Positions 58,221 through 64,000 of a stretch of 64,000 nucleotides of DNA are shown in pieces. The DNA lies in the NCBI GenBank assembly GCA_050230475.1, contig JBFLGF010000028.1, positions 1 through 64,000 on the forward strand. The letters are read 5' to 3'. Origin of the DNA: Ancylonema sp. (taxonomy: Eukaryota). Each line of letters starts with the position of its first letter. The stretch's first letter is position 1. The notes below the pieces were generated by a model. It did no database searches, had not been told where the DNA came from, and was given only the letters and a program-made list of their open reading frames with translations. A program made the translations under genes and the position numbers.

Positions 58221-61200
58221 AGGCGGTCTAGTTAAAGACGCTCTGTCAATAACTACAGGCATTCCACGCGATTCGCTGCTAAGAGACTCGGGTTGAGGTT
58301 ATTAAGTACTGCACGTAATCCTTCGAATTGCGCTGCCAGTGACTGAGGTGTGAGCTGCGCTGCGAAACACGCTCAAGAAAGCAGCTGAGAGCTGATCATC
58401 AGAAGAATTTAGCTGCTGCCTAACATGACGGAGAAGTCTCGTACACTTCACAGGAGCAGACTATAAAGGATGGGCTTTTAAAATTAAGTTCGGTCTGGCA
58501 GACAAGGAGCTGCATGACATTGTCATGGATTGGGGCAAATCCGAGGCAAGCGGAACCTGTCGTGTCTCCACCAGTCACGTAGGATGAGCTCGATACGCTG
58601 GATGCCGCGGACGTCGCTAGAACGGTCACGGCACGCACCCAGCTCATCGGTCGACAGACTCTCCTCGAGAGGTCTGGTCGAAGAAGAATATCGTTGCGAT
58701 GGCATACATCGTCAAACACCTCCAGACGGGGGAGCTGACGCATGTGAGAAACTGCACGACTGCTGCAGAGATGTGGGAGGCCCTGAAGTCTTTCTACGAC
58801 ATTTCAGGGAGCCATCGAAAATTGCCAACGCTGGAAGCAGAGCTCACGGCGATTATCATGGGAGAAGCGGAGGACCTGAGCGACTTATATTAAGCGACTT
58901 CAGGAGCTGCACGATCGTCTTGGGCACCTGGGAGAGCCAGTAAAGCCTGCGAAGCATTTTTGAACTCCCTTAACACTCGCTACAGCTCGCGCGTGGAGAG
59001 CGTGATGTCTTGGGCAGTTTCTGCGCTAGCACTCTTCAGCACTCTTCACCATCCCTCAGGTTGTCAGCACTTTGTCAGCTAGGGCGACCGACGGGAGGTT
59101 TGCAACGACCGAAAGAGAGGGGCGCTGCCAGGAGGGCAGCAGGCCAATTTCGTGGGAAAGGGGGGTTACTCGGGCAGCTCTGGAGCTGGCCCAAGTCGAC
59201 CAAGTGGGAGTGGCGGTCCCGGAAGTCGCGACATGTCGAGAATTCAGTGCTACAGCTGCAACCAGCACGGTCACCTGAAATCGGACTGCCCTTCACGCGC
59301 AAATGAGGTGCCATGGCTGCAACCAGATCGGCCACAAACTGTCGCAATGCGAACAAGCAATAACAGGGGGGAGGTGGAAGATCGGCTGGACAAGGAAATG
59401 GCAGTCCGAAACTCAAATGCAGATACTGTGATAAGCTCGGACACACATTGGTAGAATGCATGAGGCGTAAATCTGACCTGGCATTGGCTGCACCTGTTCT
59501 AATCTTCGTGATCAAGCGCAGGCTAGACTTGCTGCACGTCTAGACACACCCTTCGATGCATCCAAATCCCTTGCCTATGCAACATTCTCATCTGACGCAC
59601 GGATTTCCATGGCAGCTGGAACTGATTGCTCGCATATGTGGCTTGATTCAGGCTCGACCGGTCACGTCTTCATAAACAGAGACCACTTCGTCGGTACGAC
59701 ACCAACGTCCCGATGCAGCACTCATTCATCCACACGGCTGATGGCACGCCTCACAAGGTCGAGGGGACAGGCACGTTCGAGTGAAGAACGACGACTCCTT
59801 CTTCGTCGTCCCTCTCACTGCTCTGCACGTCCCTACATTCGCTGCGACCCTGGTGTCCACCGACTGCCGACTGCCTCGTCCAGAGAGGTGGGCTGAGCTT
59901 TGCCCAGACCCCACATGGTCCTAAACTCACTAAGAATGGACAGAAATGGGCTGATGTCAGCAGGCAGAGGAATGGTCTGTCATTGCTGCATGCATCTATC
60001 ATCTCATTGCTGCATGCATCCATCATCATGCCTGGGTCCATAGGCATGCTCTGGCATGGCCATGGCAAGCTGGGTCCCTGGTATACCAGCCATGTCATAC
60101 ATGGCCAGACGTGGGGACATACCAAGACTTAGTCAGGAAGAGTTGACTGAGGTCAGGGATTGTGAGATCTGCTGTCTGGGGAAAATGGGACAGAGGGGTC
60201 ATGCTATGGCTAGCGATGATGTGGCCACTATGCCAAAAATGGGGAGGTTGCATCTAGATCTGATAGGTCCTTTTGGTGTTAGATCAATGCACTTTGATTA
60301 TGCACAGACAGGGATAGAGGTCAATTCTAGACTGTCAACAGTATCTCTTCTCAAGCACAAGAGCGATGCTCTCAGTCAAACGCGCATCACTGTACAGAAA
60401 CTGAGGTTGAGAGGACTGCCGTTAAAGTCGATCAGGACAGATAGAGGAGGGGAATATACCAGCAAGGAGTGGAAAGGCTATTGTGAGGATAAAGGAATCA
60501 AACATGAACTGACTGCCCCCTATAGTCCTCAGCAGAATGGAATGTGTGAAAGGTTAAACCGAACATTGATGGAGAAGATGAGATGTTTGCTGATGTGGTC
60601 TAAACTGCCTAAATCGTATTGGGATGTGGCACTGATGCATGCAAACTGGCTAAGGAACAGGAACCCCACTAGTTCATTGACAGGGGGGATACCTATTGAA
60701 GAGTGGACGGGACGTCAGAATCAAACTGGACAGAAGTCACACATTTGGCTGTCTAGTGCAATATTGCTAGCTGGGCATGATAAAAATAAACAAGGGGACA
60801 AGATGCTGCCAGGACTGCCTTTGGGGTATTCATTGGGCTGGCAGCAGATCAAGCTGGCTACAACATCTTCGACCCGCTTAGAGCAGGTGTGATGGTGCGG
60901 ACAGACGTCCGTTTCTTCGAGGAAGTGCCGGGGTACCCGAGACTCATGGGGGGGAGAGCTCCCCAGGTCGAGGCCAAAGCAGATGAACATTTTCTTCAGC
61001 TGTTCCCCGGACACGGATGAGAGCCCAAGGCTGGAGGGGTGACAGGGCAAGCAGCAGTGACAGCTGCAACGCCAGCAGCAGTACCAGCAGCAGTACCAGC
61101 GGCAGTCCCAGCAGCACTCCCAGCAGCAGCTCCAGCAGCAGTGCCAGCAGCAGCAGCCCACAACGACCCAGGAGCCCAGATCCCACCACTACAATTTCCG

Positions 61201-63751
61201 CCACCACCAGTTGCTGAGGTCCATCGCTGTGATTGAGCTGTCTGACAGCCAATCTGGGATCAACAACGGGATCAACAACGCACGTGTGGCAGGCGAGGAG
61301 GAAGAAGTCTAGGGAGGGGGTGAAGAGGGGGGGCAAGGGGTGAATGCTGGGCGCATAGCTGAGAGAGTAATGGGAAGGAGGAGGGCAAACTTTGCCCACT
61401 TTGGGGATGTGCTCTGATACGATGGGGAGGAGTTCGACGACAAGCAGCCATGCAGGACGAGGAGTGGGAGGAGGCTACATGCTTCCTCACAGGCTTCAAC
61501 GGCCCCTCTGCTGGATTCTGCATGGTGGCCATGTCTGCTGACTCCTCCGACCCTCTGACGCTGAACCAGGCCATGACGAGGCCAGACTGGGATCAGTGGT
61601 TAGTTGCTATCTAGGAGGAGCTGAAAAGCTTGGGGGAATTCAACACCTTCGAGGTGTGTGAACTTCCACCAGGTAAAAAGGCTGTGGGGTGCAAATATGT
61701 ATTCAAAACAAAATACACACCCACGGGAACCCTTGAAAGATATAAAGTCAGACTGGTCGCTCAGGGTTTCCTACAACAAGAAGGAGTTGATTATAATGAA
61801 ATATTCGCACCTGTAGTAGATAGTACCTCTATATCTCTTCTACTAGCTATTGCGAATCAAGAGGGTTGGATTGAACAGATAGACGTGGTGACTGCTTTCT
61901 TGCACGGACTGACCGAAGAAGTATATATGAAAATTCCACCATTTATGGAGATTGAGGGAGGGGCTGAGGGAAAAGTTTTGAGAATGAGGGTGTACGGATT
62001 GAAACAAAGTAGCAAGGTCTGGGGTGAGATGTTCACAGCCTTCATGCTCACTATAGGGTTCAAACAATGCATTATGGACACATGCATATACAGGGGCACA
62101 GGACAGTCACGGATCATAGTGGGGATACAGTAGATGATCAGGTGATAGTTGGTCCTAACACCATGGTCATTAAAGCATTCAAACAAGAACTATCTGGGAA
62201 ATTCAAAATGAAGGATCTTGGGGCCCTAACCCATATCCTGGGGGTGGAAGTGAAAAGGGACAGACAACAGGGGGTGCTCACGTTGCATCAGAGAGGGTTC
62301 ATAAGACAAGTTCTGGAACGTTTTGGCATGGCAGACTCTAACCCTACAAAACTACCCTTACCACCTGGACTGACATTTTACCAAGAAGATGAACCTCTAA
62401 CTCCCCCTACACCTGAACAGATAACTGAATTCCGGGAAAAAATTGGGTCACTCATTTATGCAATGAAACACACCAGACCGGATATTGCGCATGCACTGGG
62501 AGTACTGGCAAAACACATGGGGAATCCTGGGACTGCTCACATCAAATCCTTACACCAACTGTTCAGATATCTAAAGGGAATAGTGGATCACGGAATGTGC
62601 TACGTGAGGCGAAAGAGGCTAGAGATCAAGGGGTACTGTGATGCTAGTTGGAATAACTGCAGTATGACTGGGAAGTCGGTCACAGGGTGGGTCACTACCG
62701 TTGGGGGAGCTGCATTGAGCTGGAAGTCACAAAAACAGTCTACACTCGCACAGAGTACAGCAGAGGCTGAATATATTGTTGCCTGTAGTGTGTCTAAGGA
62801 ATGCTGTTACCTGAAGTCGCTCCTGCATGAGCTCAAACTCCCTAATGAAATCACAGTTTACAGTGACTCAACAGCCGCACTCTCAATGATCCAGAACCCA
62901 GTCTTGCGCCAGAAGGCCAAGCATTTCAATGTGGTGTACCACTGGGTGAGGGAGTGTCACAGAACTGGAAGGCTGAAGTATGTGTATCTGGCAGGGGCCA
63001 ATCAACCAGCCGATATGTTCACTAAGGCTCTTCCACAGGTCTTGCTTGACAGACACGGAAAGTCTATAGGTTTTGGGAGGGTTCACTGAAATGGGGGTGC
63101 ATATAAGATTCTGGGGATTTCCGGCTGCCATGCCATGCTATGTTTGGCAGGGGGGGTTCCGTTTCTTCTTGCAGAATGCACCTGTGGAGGGCTCTCAACG
63201 CTTGTCTATCCAGCTAAGTCACCCCACTCTTTTTCTGCCCTGAAAACACTAAAGGACACCTGAAAAGTTGCAGATCTGCTTGCATCTAGAGTTGTCAGTT
63301 GCTCATGAATTCTGACACATGTATTGCTATTCATATTATGGATGTTGTGTGAAAATTTCTTGTTTTGGTGAAGTTTTGAGAAAGTTATGAAGTTTTGAGA
63401 AAGTTATGAAGTTCTGAAAGTTGTCAATTTATGAGAAAGTTGTTATGTTTTGAGTATTTCAAGTTATTCGGAGAAAACTGCAGAAGGTTGACTTGTTGGT
63501 CATTTTTTGTATTGCACTAACTTGTGGTATTTGTTTGTATGTTCAGGGCTCCGGCCCGAAAAACGACTAAGGATCTGGAGCGATCGATTTCTGGAGTTCC
63601 GACGGCTTCCGATCGGCTGTTATTCGGCTGTTATTTTAGATATAGCACTATCCCATGGGCTATGAAATGGTTTCGCCATGACTTAGCTGTAGATAGGGTA
63701 GTCCCTTGGTTCTGACTCAATGCCAAACTTGGCATGGCATCCGAGGGGGTG

Positions 63752-64000
63752 TGTAGGAATTATGTCGGATAGCCATGTTTACTAGTGTGCTAGTCCGGAC
63801 TACCGGTTCGTGTAACCGGTAGGATTCCTAGGGTGTGCTTATATTGAGGGGCCGGACTTATGTCCGGGCACCCGAATATGTCACCCGAATATTGTTAGGT
63901 TATGTCCGGGCACCCGAATATGACGTTTCGATTGTGCCGTTTGTAGCACGTGCGGTCTAGATGGTTCCGCATCTAGACGTTATGTCTTGTCAGACTGTTC
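63752..64000 (+). repeat. Copia 3' LTR (partial)
   Basis: Matches the 5' LTR with ~8 substitutions over ~205 aligned bp plus a ~40-bp local duplication. Confidence 0.95.

Larger units (their letters stand above)
57752..64000 (+). mobile_element. Ty1/copia LTR retrotransposon, nearly complete, frameshifted; 3' LTR runs off the window
   Basis: LTRs start TGTAGGAATTAT at 57752 and 63752. Gag (TAAEMWEALK, CYSCNQHGHLKSDC), protease WLDSGSTGH, integrase (CEIC, HLDLIGP, RTDRGGEY, PQQNGMCER), RT (YKVRLVAQGF, YGLKQ, VDD), RNase H (YCDASW, STAEAEY, ADMFTK), in copia order. Purine tract GAGGGGG just before the 3' LTR. Confidence 0.97.

Overview
Eukaryotic, intron-rich plant-lineage DNA, most consistent with a streptophyte alga or early land plant (inferred from gene content only). 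Host genes: mitochondrial ccmA/ABCI1 (-), organellar methionyl-tRNA synthetase (+), MBOAT lysophospholipid acyltransferase (-), meiotic ZIP4/SPO22 (+), class I histone deacetylase HDA9 (+) and a transmembrane RING-H2 E3 ligase (-). There are also two spliced single-TM microprotein candidates that the ORF track does not recover as such, and an intronless bacterial-looking membrane protein. Transposons: a decayed CRE-like non-LTR retroelement, many hAT-type MITEs with 8-bp TSDs (some only 73-110 bp), a foldback/MULE-like complex with an OTU fragment, and a probable solo LTR. The most striking feature is at the right end. A Ty3/gypsy-like element has gag and protease followed not by RT but by what looks like motif I of a C5-cytosine DNA methyltransferase (GLHVWEPFGGMSCS). 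It is cut at exactly that point by a nested, near-complete Ty1/copia element with a half-tRNA-type primer site. Several frameshifts, including one in HDA9, suggest consensus errors, so pseudogene calls are tentative.
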